In this document: positions 1 to 12,799 of the stretch, in pieces | Numbering within the stretch: the stretch's first letter is position 1 | Layout of the letters: each line of letters starts with the position of its first letter | NCBI GenBank assembly: GCA_964016885.1 | Contig: OZ024764.1 | Location: forward strand, 1,922,001-1,986,000 | DNA length: 64,000 bases | Source: Eledone cirrhosa | Lineage: Eukaryota | Direction of reading: 5' to 3' | Made by a program: the position numbers and the translations under genes | Notes under the pieces: generated by a model | Database searches by the model: none | What the model was told of the DNA's origin: nothing | The model's input: only the letters and a program-made list of their open reading frames with translations

Positions 1-459
1 GCCTCCCAAAAGTCAGCTCAAAAGTGACACAGAGGAGACTGAGGTTGGCTGGACATGCTCACCGACATCCAGAGTTGACATTGCACTCAGTGCTCCTGTG
101 GGAGCCCCTACATGGACACACTGGAAGAGGGAGACAGAGGTTAGCTGGACATGCTCACCGACATCCAGAGTTGACATTGCACTCAGTGCTCCTGTAGGAG
201 CCCCTACATGGACACACTGGAAGAGGGAGACAGAGGTTAGCTGGACATGCTCACCGACATCCAGAGTTGACATTGCACTCAGTGCTCCTGTGGGAGCCCC
301 TACATGGACACACTAGAAGAGGAAGACCAAGGTTAACATATGTTGATGCCCTAAGGACAGACACTGGTCTGTTGGAGATGCAGGATATGGCAGCGATAAT
401 GAGGGACAGAGACCGCTGGAGAGAACTCGTCCATGGATCTCGGGAATTTTACCCGCCTT

Positions 460-461
<2 letters not shown>
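1..461 (+). mobile_element. 3' end of an RTE-superfamily non-LTR retrotransposon with three internal 96-bp tandem units
   Basis: C-terminal peptide RRLRLAGHAHRHPEL..LLWEPLHGHTRRGRPRLTYVDALRTDTGL..MRDRDRWRELV; ends in (TA)n; same family as 10131-11073. Confidence 0.75.
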
Positions 462-538
<77 letters not shown>

Positions 539-878
539 TAAAGTTAGTCCTTCATCAGTGATCTTCCAACCTTCATTGGTATTTCATCGCTTTAAAGACC
601 ATATAGCTCCGGTTGGTGCGAGCAACGGCTAATGAAAGTCGTTGGGACACGTAAATAAGGGGAACGAGCGAGACTGTAAACAAACAAAGATGGTAAAGCA
701 ACGAAAAGTGAGGAAGAAAGAGTCAAGTCCCAGATTCCCATGAATATAAGTTCGGTGAAATCGTGAAATAGAGAGAATAAAGACCATCAAACCTAGTCGA
801 AATGTGAGCAAAGAAGGAATTCCGCACAGGTCAAACGGGTTATTCATATGTAACCCATTTGCAACCACGCAGCACGTT

Positions 879-954
<76 letters not shown>

Positions 955-1206
955 AATATGGGGAGAAGAATACTGCATGGTTGCACATGGATAACATGTT
1001 ATAAAATGAGTCCCTCATCAGTGATTTGCCAACGATCATTGGTATTTCATCGCATTAAAAATCATATACCTCACGTTGGTGCGATAATAACTAAAATAAG
1101 TTATTAGGACAATTGAAACGCGTAAAGCGAGTGAGACAAGTAAATAACACAGGGGGAAGCTAACCGAAGATAGAAAGAAACACAAGCAACATAGTTATTC
1201 TGTCAG

Positions 1207-1261
<55 letters not shown>

Positions 1262-1371
1262 AACCAGTAAGACCCCGACAGCTGAGCTCAAGCCGTTTCG
1301 ACGGCTAATTCTGGACTATTGAGTACTTTGGTGCGTTATGGTCCACCTGGTTCCTTACCACATTTCCTTCG

Positions 1372-1419
<48 letters not shown>

Positions 1420-1421
<2 letters not shown>

Positions 1422-1985
1422 AAACGGAGCTAAACCTCATTCTGAAGTGAGCTTTGGCCTGGGCGAATATCCCCTCGGTCTTGGAACCATCTGGGTTGTC
1501 CAGAAGTGACGGCAAAAGACCTGACGGCCTTACCCTGGTGGAGAGGCATGTGCTATGTCTGGGACGTCCCTGTTAGTGACTCCTTTGCTCTTTCCCACAT
1601 CCTTGATGCTGCGGTAAGGACGAGAGCCACAGCTTCGGCAGCCGAGCGGAGTAAGACCCTCAAATACTCTGATCTGTCGGCCAGCTACATTTTTCAGCCT
1701 GTGGCTTTCGAGACGTTTGGGGGAGTCTGGCGGCTCCCCTAATAGAGGTAACTGGCGAGGGCGCTTGGTTGTTCCAGCACCTCAGCCTCGCCATCACCCG
1801 AGGTAACACTGCTAGTGTGCTGGCTTGTCTCAGAAATCATTAGAGAGGTTGCCCAGTACCCCTCGTTGCTGTCTTTTGCTCTGGTGTTGGCTCCGTTGCC
1901 CCCCCTTCCTTTATATTTTCTTTAATATTGTAACATTGAAGGAATATATCTTTCATTGTATCATCCTTTATAGTGTTACCGAGGC
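1420..1985 (+). mobile_element. Decayed 3' end of a CRE-clade non-LTR retrotransposon (restriction-like endonuclease region)
   Basis: Frameshifted [24 protein letters not shown]...K..KY..L...YIFQPVAFETFG...LFQHLSLAITRGNTASVL, a typical CRE-type PD-(D/E)xK C-terminus; flanked by (TA)n. Confidence 0.75.
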
Positions 1986-2131
1986 ATTTGTTATGTTATT
2001 TATATATATATAAAACATATTTGTTATGTTATTTATATATATATATAAAACATTTGTTATGTTATATATATATATATATAAAACATATTTGTAATGTTAT
2101 TTATATATATATATAAAACATATTTGTAATG

Positions 2132-2186
<55 letters not shown>

Positions 2187-2210
2187 AAACATATTTGTTA
2201 TGTTATTCTA
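1985..2210. repeat. ~33-bp imperfect tandem repeat at the CRE tail
   Basis: catatttgttatgttatttatatatatataaaa about 6 times. Confidence 0.7.
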
Positions 2211-2362
2211 CTGTAAATTTATTTATATGCTGTTTATATTTTCATTCTGAAGGAACTTATCCACTTATCCTGTCAGCATTGTCTCATCATATATGTTACT
2301 ATAAACGTGAATAAAATATAAATTTAGTATATACTTTCTTTATATATATATATACACGTCTT

Positions 2363-2447
<85 letters not shown>

Positions 2448-2458
2448 GTCTCTATCTA

Positions 2459-2611
<153 letters not shown>

Positions 2612-2635
2612 TATATATATATATATATATACACG

Positions 2636-2696
<61 letters not shown>

Positions 2697-2815
2697 CTAA
2701 GGAAATGTGGTAAGGAACCAGGTGGACCATAACGCACCAAAGTACTCAATACTTAGGTTAGTAGAGTGGGTAATAGGAACAAGTAAGACCCCGTAATACT
2801 TGTTTCTTACTTGTT

Positions 2816-2887
<72 letters not shown>

Positions 2888-3056
2888 TTATTCAGAATAT
2901 TAATAAATGAAGACATTCACGTAATCAAAAGATATGTTTTATTATATATATTTCGAAGATAAAATACATGAATTGATTTAGAATTGATTTAAAATTAGAA
3001 TTTGCTGTCGAAACAGCAAGAGCTCAGCCGTCCAGCACCAAATCTCTAACACACAG

Positions 3057-3128
<72 letters not shown>

Positions 3129-3369
3129 GCATATAGAGACGGAGATTTACACACACACACACACACACATATATATATGAGTACTCTGGTGCGTTATGGT
3201 CCATCTGGTTCCTTACCACAACCCCTTCGTTATATATATATATATATATAACGAAGGGGTTGTGGTAAGGAACCAGACGTACCAGAGTACTCAATACGTC
3301 AAAACGCCTTCAGCTCTGCCGTCGGGGTCATACATTTTCCTATATATATATATATAAACAAAACTCATT

Positions 3370-3822
3370 ATGCATAGAGTTACGGCCCTTGCCATTCTGA
3401 GTTCAAATCCCGCCGCGGTTAACTTTGCCTTTCATCCTTACGGGGTCGATAAAATAAAGTACCAGTAATGCACTGGGGTATTTGCTGGCCTTGTGCCTAA
3501 AGTAGAAACAAGTATTACGGGGTCGATAAAATAAAGTACCAGTAATGCACTGGGGTATTTGCTGGCCTTGTGCCTAAAGTAGAAACAAGTATTACGGGGT
3601 CGATAAAATAAAGTACCAGTAATGCACTGGGGTATTTGCTGGCCTTGTGCCAAAAAGTAGAAACAAGTATTACGGGGTCGATAAAATAAAGTACCAGTAA
3701 TGCACTGGGTAATTGCTGGCCTTGTGCCAAAAAGTAGAAACAAGTATTACGGGGTCGATAAAATAAAGTACCAGTAATGCACTGGGTAATTTGCTGGCCT
3801 TGTGCCAGATGTAGAAACAATT
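3370..3822 (+). mobile_element. SINE family B (5'-truncated) with five 77-bp tandem units of its 3' part
   Basis: B-box-like gagttcaaatccc; unit ttacggggtcgataaaataaagtaccag...gtagaaacaagta starting at 3438, 3515 and onward. Confidence 0.8.
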
Positions 3823-3932
3823 ATTTCTGAAGACGGCGTTTTCTTACTATGATATTTTGTAATATATTTTACATAGATCAATAATAGAATGGACATACGG
3901 GGAACTACCCCGCAGAAACGATCGTAAAATAA
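3821..3932 (+). ncRNA. Type I hammerhead ribozyme with long stem II insertion
   Basis: TTATTT-CTGAAGA-(~80 nt)-GAAA-CGATCG-TA-AAATAA; palindromic stem III; GUA site; base of stem II pairs poorly. Confidence 0.55.
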
Positions 3933-4447
3933 TGAGTTTTACTATGAATTAACCGTTTTGTGTTTAATTTCATTGTTTTACTATTTGTATTTTTGACTCT
4001 GTATCCAATGAATTATATCGTTGAAAGTTTTGTATTTTAAACTTTGCTTCACGACATCTTTTACATACGGATTACATTGAGTTCTTCATACGGTTTAGAC
4101 CCTACCATTGATTCGTAGATTTATCTGTGTATATATATATATATATATATATACACCCCTCTCCACTCTCACGAGCGTGAAACTAATAAACCTTTGTTTG
4201 TACTGCCTCTCTGTTTTGTTCCCGTTCCAGTTTTCATTATATCAGTAATGCACTGGGTAATTGCTGGCCTTGTGCCTAAAGTAGAAACAATTATATATAT
4301 ATATATATATAGTAGAATAATCGAGTATCGAAAAATCGGCGCACGAGTTCACGATAAACAAAATTCGATATGAGCGGCAGAGGGCTCAATAATTTAGATA
4401 AATCAGAGCTATAACTATCGTTAAAATACCGTCACACATACAACCGA

Positions 4448-4481
<34 letters not shown>

Positions 4482-4650
4482 AGATAAATCTACCAAGAGT
4501 TTACGGTAGTGTCCAATTTTGTTTAATATTTTATATATATATATATATTGTTATACTTGGGGAGGGTCATATTTGTGTAATATTGCCAGAATTAACAACA
4601 GAACACACATTTGTTTCGACACACGATTTCATATCAAAAACCTCGCAAAA

Positions 4651-4715
<65 letters not shown>

Positions 4716-4994
4716 CCATCTCTTTGTCTCTCTATCTATCTACCTCTATCTTTCCCCATCCATATATCTGTCTGTCTATCTATCTATCCATCTCTTCGTA
4801 CTCCTGGAGATGAGGGTTGTACATTTTTTCGGGGGTATGTGTTACCCATATGAACTGTCTCCCCCTATTGGGGAAAATCGATTAACTTTTAAATTGCATT
4901 TGTGATAATATTTTACACGTTTTTATTGTATGTAAACTTCCCCTTTTGTATTTGTCCCCTTCTTTTGTGCCCCTGTGGCTAATAAAGACACATA

Positions 4995-6052
4995 TCTATC
5001 TCTATCTATCTATCTCTCTCTCTATCTATCTATCTCTCTCTCTCTCTATCTATCTCTCTATCTCTCCCTCTATCTCTCCCTCTCTCTCTCTCTATCTATC
5101 TATCTACCTACATATCTATCTATCTCTCTCTATCTATCTATCTATCTCTCTATCTCTATCTATCTATCTCTCTATCTCTAACTATCTCTCTCTATCTCTA
5201 TCTATCTATCTATCTATCTATCTCTATCTCTCTCTATCTCTCTATCTCTCTCTATCTATCTATCTCTCTCTATCTCTATCTCTCTATCTATCTCTCTCTA
5301 TCTCCATCTGTCTCTCTCACACACGTGTTTCTGTTTACAAACTAACATTTCTATTTAATATTCGCCTATCCCCCCTCTCTCTCTCTCTTCATATACCTCC
5401 CACCACTACCTCTCCCCCCTCTCTCTCTCTTCACATACTCCCACCACTAGCTCTCCCCTCTCTCTCTCTCTCTCTTCACATACCTCCCACCACTACCTCT
5501 CCCCCTCTCTATCTCTCTTCACATACCTACCACCACTACCTCTCCCCCTCTCTCTCTCTCTTCACATACCTCCCACCACTACCTCTCCCCCTCTCTATCT
5601 CTCTTCACATACCTACCACCACTACCTCTCCCCCTCTCTCTCTCTCTTCACATACCTACCACCACTACCTCTCCCCCTCTCTCTCTCTCTCTTCACATAC
5701 CTACCACCACTACCTCCCCCCCCCCTCTCTCTCTCTATATATATATACCTACCACCACTACTTCCCCCCTCTCTCTATATATATACCTACCACCACTACC
5801 TCTCCTCCCCTTCTCTCTCTATATATACACCTACCACCACTACCTCTCCCCCTCTCTCCCTCTCTCCCTCTATATATACACCTACCACCACTACCTCTCC
5901 CCCTCTCTCCCTCTATATATACACCTACCACCACTACCTCTCCCCCTCTCTCTCTCTATATATATACCTACCACCACTACCTCCTCCTCTCTCTATATAT
6001 ATATATACCTACCACCACTACCTCTCCCCCTCTCTCTCTCTCTCTCTCTCTC
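4995..6052. repeat. (TCTA/TC)n microsatellite followed by a ~40-bp pyrimidine-rich minisatellite
   Basis: ctctctcttcacatacctaccaccactacctctccccc units. Confidence 0.85.
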
Positions 6053-7197
6053 CATCATGTCTGTACCCCCCACCCTTCCTTGATGTCTGATTCATTCATT
6101 TCAGAGTAGAAAGGAATATTTCTTGGGTGGAGTCAGACACCGGGTGGAGTGGAGTGGAGGGTAGGGTGGTGGTGGTGGAGTGGGGGAGATAGTGGTGGAA
6201 ATGGTATTGGTTATGCTTTTGTTGTTGATGGAAATGGTGATGGTGGTGTTAAAGATGGTAGTGAGTGGTGTTGGTGGTGGTGGTGTTAGTGGTGGTGGTG
6301 GTGTGTACTGGTGGTGGTATTGTTGATGGTGGTGGTGTGTTGGTGGTATTGTTGTTAGAAGTGGTGGTGGTGTTGATGGTGGTGGTGGTGGTGTTAAAGA
6401 TGGTAGTGAGTGGTATTGTTGGTGGTGGTGGTGTTGATGGTGGTGGTGGTGGTGGTGGTATTGTTGTTAGTGGTGGTGGTGGTGGTGTGTAGCTAGGGGA
6501 CGGTGTCCCCTATAGTGATGTGTGTAATGACTACACAAAAGGCGGTAGTGGCGGTACGGGGGAGGTGATGGGGGTACAGAGGGTGGAGGGGGGTACGGGG
6601 TTGGTGGTACAGAGGGCGGGGGGGGGCACGGGTTTGGTGGGGGTGATGGTGGTACAGAGGGGGGGGGCATACAGAGGGTGGAGGTGGTGGTGGTATAAAG
6701 ATGGAGAGACGGAGAGGTCTTCTGCGTGTGATGACTAGACAAACGTATGGGGGGAGGGCGGTGTTAGTAGGTACTCTGACCCCCCCCCCCCCTTCTGGTG
6801 ATGGTGGGGCAGGGGTACAGGATAGGGGGAGGAGGGTGTAATGACGCATGACATCCTGTGTTCAAGAGTTATATCACATATAACACACACATATATATAT
6901 ATATATATACACACACATAGATACATACACACACACATATATATATACATACACACACATATATATATACATACACACACACACACATAGATACATACAC
7001 ACACACATATATACACACACATATATATACACGTACTCACACATATATACATCAATACATGCTTACATATATATATACATACACATACACATATATATAT
7101 ACATACACACACGTATATATATACACATATGCATTAATACATACATTTGTACATATATATATACATATGCACATTATACAATTATATTATATATACA

Positions 7198-8586
7198 GGA
7201 GCCACATGGCTTAGTAGTTAGAGCATTGGCCTTGCAATCGAAAGGTTGTGAGTTCAATTCTCAGACCGGGTGATGTGTTGTTTCCTTGAGCAAGACACTT
7301 TATTTCACATTGCTCCAGTTTACTCAGCTGTAGAAATGAGATGATAGGGACTGGGGTCCCTTTCATTCCACTGCAAAGTGGTCGTGAAGGTGTCACAACA
7401 AAAAGCACCCAGCACTCACTGTAAAGTGGTCGTGGAGGTGCCACGGCAAAAAAAGCACCCAGTACTCACTGTAAAGTGGTCGTGGAGGTGCCACGGCAAA
7501 AAAAGCACCCAGCACTCACTGTAAAGTGGTCGTGGTGGTGCCACGGCAAAAAAAGCACCCAGCACTCACTGTAAAGTGGTCGTGGAGGTGCCACGGCAAA
7601 AAAAGCACCCAGCACTCACTGTAAAGTTGTCGTGGAGGTGCCACGGCAAAAAAAGCACCCAGCACTCACTGTAAAGTGGTCGTGGAGGTGCCACGGCAAA
7701 AAAAAGCACCCAGCACTCACTGTAAAGTTGTCGTGGAGGTGCCACGGCAAAAAAGCACCCAGCACTCACTGTAAAGTGGTCGTGGAGGTGCCACGGCAAA
7801 AAAAGCACCCAGCACTCACTGTAAAGTGGTCGTGGAGGTGCCACGGCAAAAAAAAGCACCCAGCACTCACTGTAAAGTTGTCGTGGAGGTGCCACGGCAA
7901 AAAAAGCACCCAGCACTCACTGTAAAGTGGTCGTGGAGGTGCCACGGCAAAAAAAGCACCCAGCACTCACTGTAAAGTTGTCGTGGAGGTGCCACGGCAA
8001 AAAAAGCACCCAGCACTCACTGTAAAGTGGTCGTGGAGGTGCCACGGCAAAAAAAGCACCCAGTACTCACTGTAAAGTGGTCGTGTAGGTGCCACGGCAA
8101 AAAAAGCACCCAGCACTCACTGTAAAGTGGTCGTGGAGGTGCCACGGCAAAAAAAAGCACCCAGCACTCACTGTAAAGTTGTCGTGGAGGTGCCACAGCA
8201 AAAAAAGCACCCAGCACTCACTGTAAAGTGGTCGTGGAGATGCCACGGCAAAAAAAGCACCCAGCACTCACTGTAAAGTGGTCGTGGAGGTGCCACGGCA
8301 AAAAAAGCACCCAGCACTCACTGTAAAGTGGTCGTGGTGGTGCCACGGCAAAAAAGCACCCAGCCCACACTGCAAAGTGGTCGTGGAGGTGCCGCGGCAA
8401 AAAAGCACCCAGCACTCACTGTAAATGAGGTTGGTGTTAGGAAGGGCATCCAGCTGTAGAAATCAAGCCAGAATCAGTTCCTGTATGAGCAAGAGAAGTT
8501 CAGCCGACCGGACACTGCTCACAACAGGACAACCCGTCTAACCCATGCTAGCGTGGAAGAATGAACGTAGAACAGTGATGATGATG
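7198..8586 (+). mobile_element. SINE family A (tRNA head, RTE-like tail) expanded by about 20 internal 50-51 bp tandem units (7400-8420)
   Basis: Head ggagccacatggcttagtagttagagc...gtgagttcaattctc (A/B boxes); body ccttgagcaagacacttt; tail taggaagggcatccagc...(gat)n. Confidence 0.85.
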
Positions 8587-8659
8587 ATATATATATAACG
8601 ATGACAATGCGAAGTTGAAGATCTTAGTCCTTTATTATTTGAGCAGTTACATATATTTC

Positions 8660-8715
8660 AATGTAAGTATGTATGTATACGTACATACATATATGTATAC
8701 AGACGTACAGTAGCA

Positions 8716-8791
<76 letters not shown>

Positions 8792-9385
8792 CAGGTACAC
8801 ATACATATATGTACGTATCAGTTTAGCGGACGCTTATTATAGCGCCCGCTTTGTTCGTTTGTAAACAAACTGAACAGCCTGATTTATGCCATACGGTGTT
8901 AAGGCAACCACGTCACCTTTTTGTTCAACACTGACACAGGAACGATGTACTAGTTTCAAGCTTGTTAGCTATCATCAGCACCGTATACCCATCTGCCAGA
9001 TAGTTGAACGTTCGAAAGTATATACTTTCCTTATGAAAATTAACGGCTGAGCAGCCTAATTTGCATATTGAGTGAGTTAAATCGGTCAGGCATACCGAAA
9101 ACGATAAGTTGTAATAAAATGAAAACGAAATTTCATTTCTCACTCTTAATACGGCACTTACTTAAATGTAAGTATGTATGTATACGTACATACATATATG
9201 TATACAGACGTACAGTAGCATGCATATATATATATATATATATATATATACAGGTACACATACATATATGTACGTATCAGTTTAGCGGACGCTTATTATA
9301 ACGTCGCTTTGTTCGTTTGTAAACAAACTGAACAGCCTGAATTTATGCCATACGGTGTTAAGGCAACAACGTCACCTTTTTTCAC
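8660..9385. repeat. Dispersed direct duplication of ~220-260 bp (8660-8922 and 9165-9382)
   Basis: Near-identical block cgtacagtagcatgca...cagtttagcggacgcttattata...gccatacggtgttaaggcaac.acgtcaccttttt. Confidence 0.8.
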
Positions 9386-9791
9386 CTATATTTCAATATA
9401 TGGATATTGGGATCTCTTCAGACAGCAAACATTGATTAAAGGGTAATATTTCTGAGGCAATTTTATGTGTTTTTGCTTTGGTTGTGCGCCCCCTTCTGGT
9501 TTCAGGTCATCCCGACAGCACTGCACAGTCGCAGAGGTGTGGGTGGCTGACCACTTAACCTACACCCAGAATACTACCAACCTTGTTTGGTAATATATAT
9601 ATAACAGCTCAATTAATAAAGGGCACTAACATCTTTAACTTCGCATTTTCATCTTTATAAATATACTCCGTCTCCCCTGTTTTTAGGAACTAGTATGGCG
9701 TAGAGTGCTAGAAGTTCATTGCACCCTTGTATAGCGAATATATATATATATAATATATAAGAACAAAAGATGGTTAAAAGAGTTCCATGTA

Positions 9792-9858
9792 TTTTATTAT
9801 GCGCATTTCAAAAATAAATATCATCATGCAATAATATTTGTGTTTTCATCAGATAAAA
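9792..9858 (-). ncRNA. Minimal type I hammerhead ribozyme
   Basis: Minus strand TTTTAT-CTGATGA-AAACACAAATATTATTGCATGATGATATTTATTTTT-GAAA-TGCGCA-TA-ATAAAA; palindromic stem III ATGCGCAT. Confidence 0.8.
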
Positions 9859-10130
9859 CAGGAAGACATGATATGAAGGTTAAAAAACACTTGTGGATAG
9901 TTCAGTTTTAAATCAACATATGAGAAGTAGTTTTAGATTGATGTGTGATATTGGGAAAAATATTTTATTTAGAGGAGAGGGTGGGGTGGAAAGGATGAAA
10001 ACGAGGAGGAGATGAGAGTAAAAAGTGGAGAGGGGGGAGTATAATGAGTATAATATCCGATATCTGCATTGCTTTATTGTACTACAATAAAACTCACCTC
10101 CTACATTATATATATATATATATATATATA

Positions 10131-11072
10131 TCTCAAAGAACTCTGTCATCCCATCAGGTGTAATGACTTGGGCTTTGGTGTTGGTGTAGAGCAGTGATAT
10201 CAGGTCCACTATCTTCTTGGGGATTCCATAAGCCTGTAAGATGGGTGCTACACGAGACTGCTGAGGATGGCTCTGAACATTAATCAGTATACACTGAGGA
10301 TGAAGAACTCAGAGCTGTACGAGAGCCTCCCAAAAGTCAGCTCAAAAGTGACACAGAGGAGACTGAGGTTAGCTGGACATGCTCACCGACATCCAGAGTT
10401 GACATTGCACTCAGTGCTCCTGTGGGAGCCCCTGCATTGACACACTGGAAGAGGGAGACAGAGGTTAGCTGGACATGCTCACCGACATCCAGAGTTGACA
10501 TTGCACTCAGTGCTCCTGTGGGAGCCCCTGCATTGACACACTAGAAGAGGGAGACAGAGGTTAGCTGGACATGCTCACCGACATCCAGAGTTGACACTGC
10601 ACTCAGTACTCCTGTGGGAGCCCCTACATGGACACAGTGGAAGAGGGAGACAGAGGTTAGCTGGACATGCTCACCGACATCCAGAGTTGACACTGCACTC
10701 AGTACTCCTGTGGGAGCCCCTACATGGACACAGTGGAAGAGGGAGACAGAGGTTAGCTGGACATGCTCACCGACATCCAGAGTTGACACTGCACTCAGTG
10801 CTCCTGTGGGAGCCCCTACATGGACACAGTGGAAGAGGGAGACAGAGGTTAGCTGGACATGCTCACCGACATCCAGAGTTAACACTGCACTCAGTGGTCC
10901 TGTGGGAGCCCCTACATGGACACACTGGAAGAGGGAGACCAAGGTTAACGTATGTTGATGCCCTAAGGACAGACATTGGTCTGTTGGAGACGCAGGACAT
11001 GGCAGAGATAATGAGGGACAGAGACTGCTGGAGAGAACTCGTCCATGGATCTCGGGAATTTTACCTGCCCTA

Positions 11073-11073
<1 letters not shown>
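10131..11073 (+). mobile_element. RTE-superfamily LINE 3' end with six 96-bp tandem units and an inverted 5' RT fragment (10131-10243, minus)
   Basis: Plus strand GCYTRLLRMALNI...RRLRLAGHAHRHPEL...GRPRLTYVDAL; minus strand ILQAYGIPKKIVDLISLLYTNTKAQVITPDGMTEFFEI (RT domain). Confidence 0.75.
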
Positions 11074-11114
<41 letters not shown>

Positions 11115-11277
11115 AAAGAGATATTTAATTTGTTGGTTATTGAACAAATTTATTTATAACAGATTCGAAGCACTCTACATGTTTTCTGGAGTATAATATC
11201 AATGATATTAATAAATGGAAACTGAACCGATAAGGTTTGGTTTCTTGGATATGTCACCATTTATAAAACAACTTTTG

Positions 11278-11338
11278 TATTTTATCTGATGAGGGCGTAC
11301 CAAAATGTTGGTACCCTTGAAATATATATAATAGAATA
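11278..11338 (+). ncRNA. Minimal type I hammerhead ribozyme
   Basis: TATTTTAT-CTGATGA-GGGCGTACCAAAATGTTGGTACCCTT-GAAA-TATATA-TA-ATAGAATA; stem II GTACCA/TGGTAC. Confidence 0.8.
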
Positions 11339-11422
11339 AATATGGCTTTATAAATATAGTTTCCATTTATTAATATCATTGATATATATATATTATTATT
11401 ATTATTATTATTATTATAATAA

Positions 11423-11775
11423 GGGTGGTTGATTGGCAGTATCGGTAGAGGGTCGGACGCCATGCTTTCCAGCATAGTTACGTCCCTTTATGATCAGAGT
11501 TCAAATCCCGCCGAGGTTGACTTTGCCTTTCATCCTTACGTGGTCGATAAAATAAAGTACCAGTAATGCACTGGGGTAATTGCTGGCCTTGTGCCCAAAG
11601 TAGAAACAATTATTATTATTATTATTATTAGCATAGAGTTACGTCCCTTTACGGCCTGAGTTCAAATCCCGCCGAGGTTAACTTTGCCTTACATCGTTAC
11701 GGGGTCGATAAAATAAAGTACCAGTAATGCACTGGGTAATTGCTGGCCTTGTGCCAAAAGTAGAAACAATTATTA
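11423..11775 (+). mobile_element. Two SINE family B copies in tandem
   Basis: ggtggttgattggcagtatcggtagag...gagttcaaatcccgccgagg...gtagaaacaattatt, followed by a second 5'-truncated copy. Confidence 0.8.
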
Positions 11776-12006
11776 TTATTAATATTCGAAAAACTCGGAT
11801 CACATTTATATAGAAGCAAGAGGATTTCGAATCAGAAAGAGGATTTGCTTCGAAGCCACTAAACGTATCTGAGGAACTTGCGAATCCAGAGTCAGGTTCA
11901 ATCCACAAACAGATCGCACCTCGAGCTGTTCGCTGCAGAAACAATTGTAATACGTAATAAATTGTGATCCGATGCATCACTGATTCTTTGTTTTCCATAT
12001 ATATAT

Positions 12007-12617
12007 CATCATCATCATCATTTTTTTACGTCCACTTTTCCCTGCTTGCAAGGGTGGGACGGTAACTGATTCTGGCTTGATTTCTACAGCTGGATGCCCT
12101 TCCTAACACCAACCTCATTTACAGTGAGTGCTGGGTGCTTTTTTGCTGTGGCACCCCCACGACCACTTTACAGTGTGGGCTGGGTGCTTTTTTGCCGTGT
12201 CACCACCACGACCACTTTACAGTGTGGGCTGGGTGCTTTCTTGCCGTGGCACCACCACGACCACTTTACAGTGTGGGCTGGGTGCTTTCTTGCCGTGGCA
12301 CCTCCACGACCACTTTACAGTGAGTGCTGGGTGCTTTTTTGACGTGGCACCTCCACGACCACTTTACAGTGTGGGGTGGGTGCTTTTTTGCAGTGGCACC
12401 TCCTCGACCACTTTACAGTGTGGGCTGGGTGCTTTTTTGCAGTGGAATGATAGGGACCCCAGTCCCTATCATCTCATTTCTACAGCTGAGTAAACTGGAG
12501 CAATGTGAAATAAAGTGTCTTGCTCAAGGAAACAACACATCACCCGGTCTAAGAATTGAACTCACAACCTTTCGATTGCAAGACCAATGCTCTAACCACT
12601 AAGCCATGTGCCTCCAT
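12007..12617 (-). mobile_element. SINE family A with about six 49-bp internal tandem units
   Basis: Reverse complement of the family A head at 12530-12617; (cat)n tail at 12007. Confidence 0.85.
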
Positions 12618-12799
12618 ATATATATAGTACCAGTGTACTACTGGGGTGAATATAAATCAACTGTGGCCTTCCCCTTAAATATGTTGGCCTAGCACCTAAC
12701 TTTAAAAAACAACAGTATTATGTTCCAAACCCTAACTTAATTAAATCTACCCCAGTATTTTACTGGTACCAGACTACAACAATATTACCACCAATGCAA

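Noticed and set aside
540-1030. CTGATGA cores on the minus strand near 552-558 and 1016-1022
   Set aside because: No GAAA or stem III follows; may be truncated members of the system but cannot be called ribozymes
11790-11995. Unique GC-richer stretch as a possible KLHL exon
   Set aside because: No recognisable homology or convincing splice-site pair
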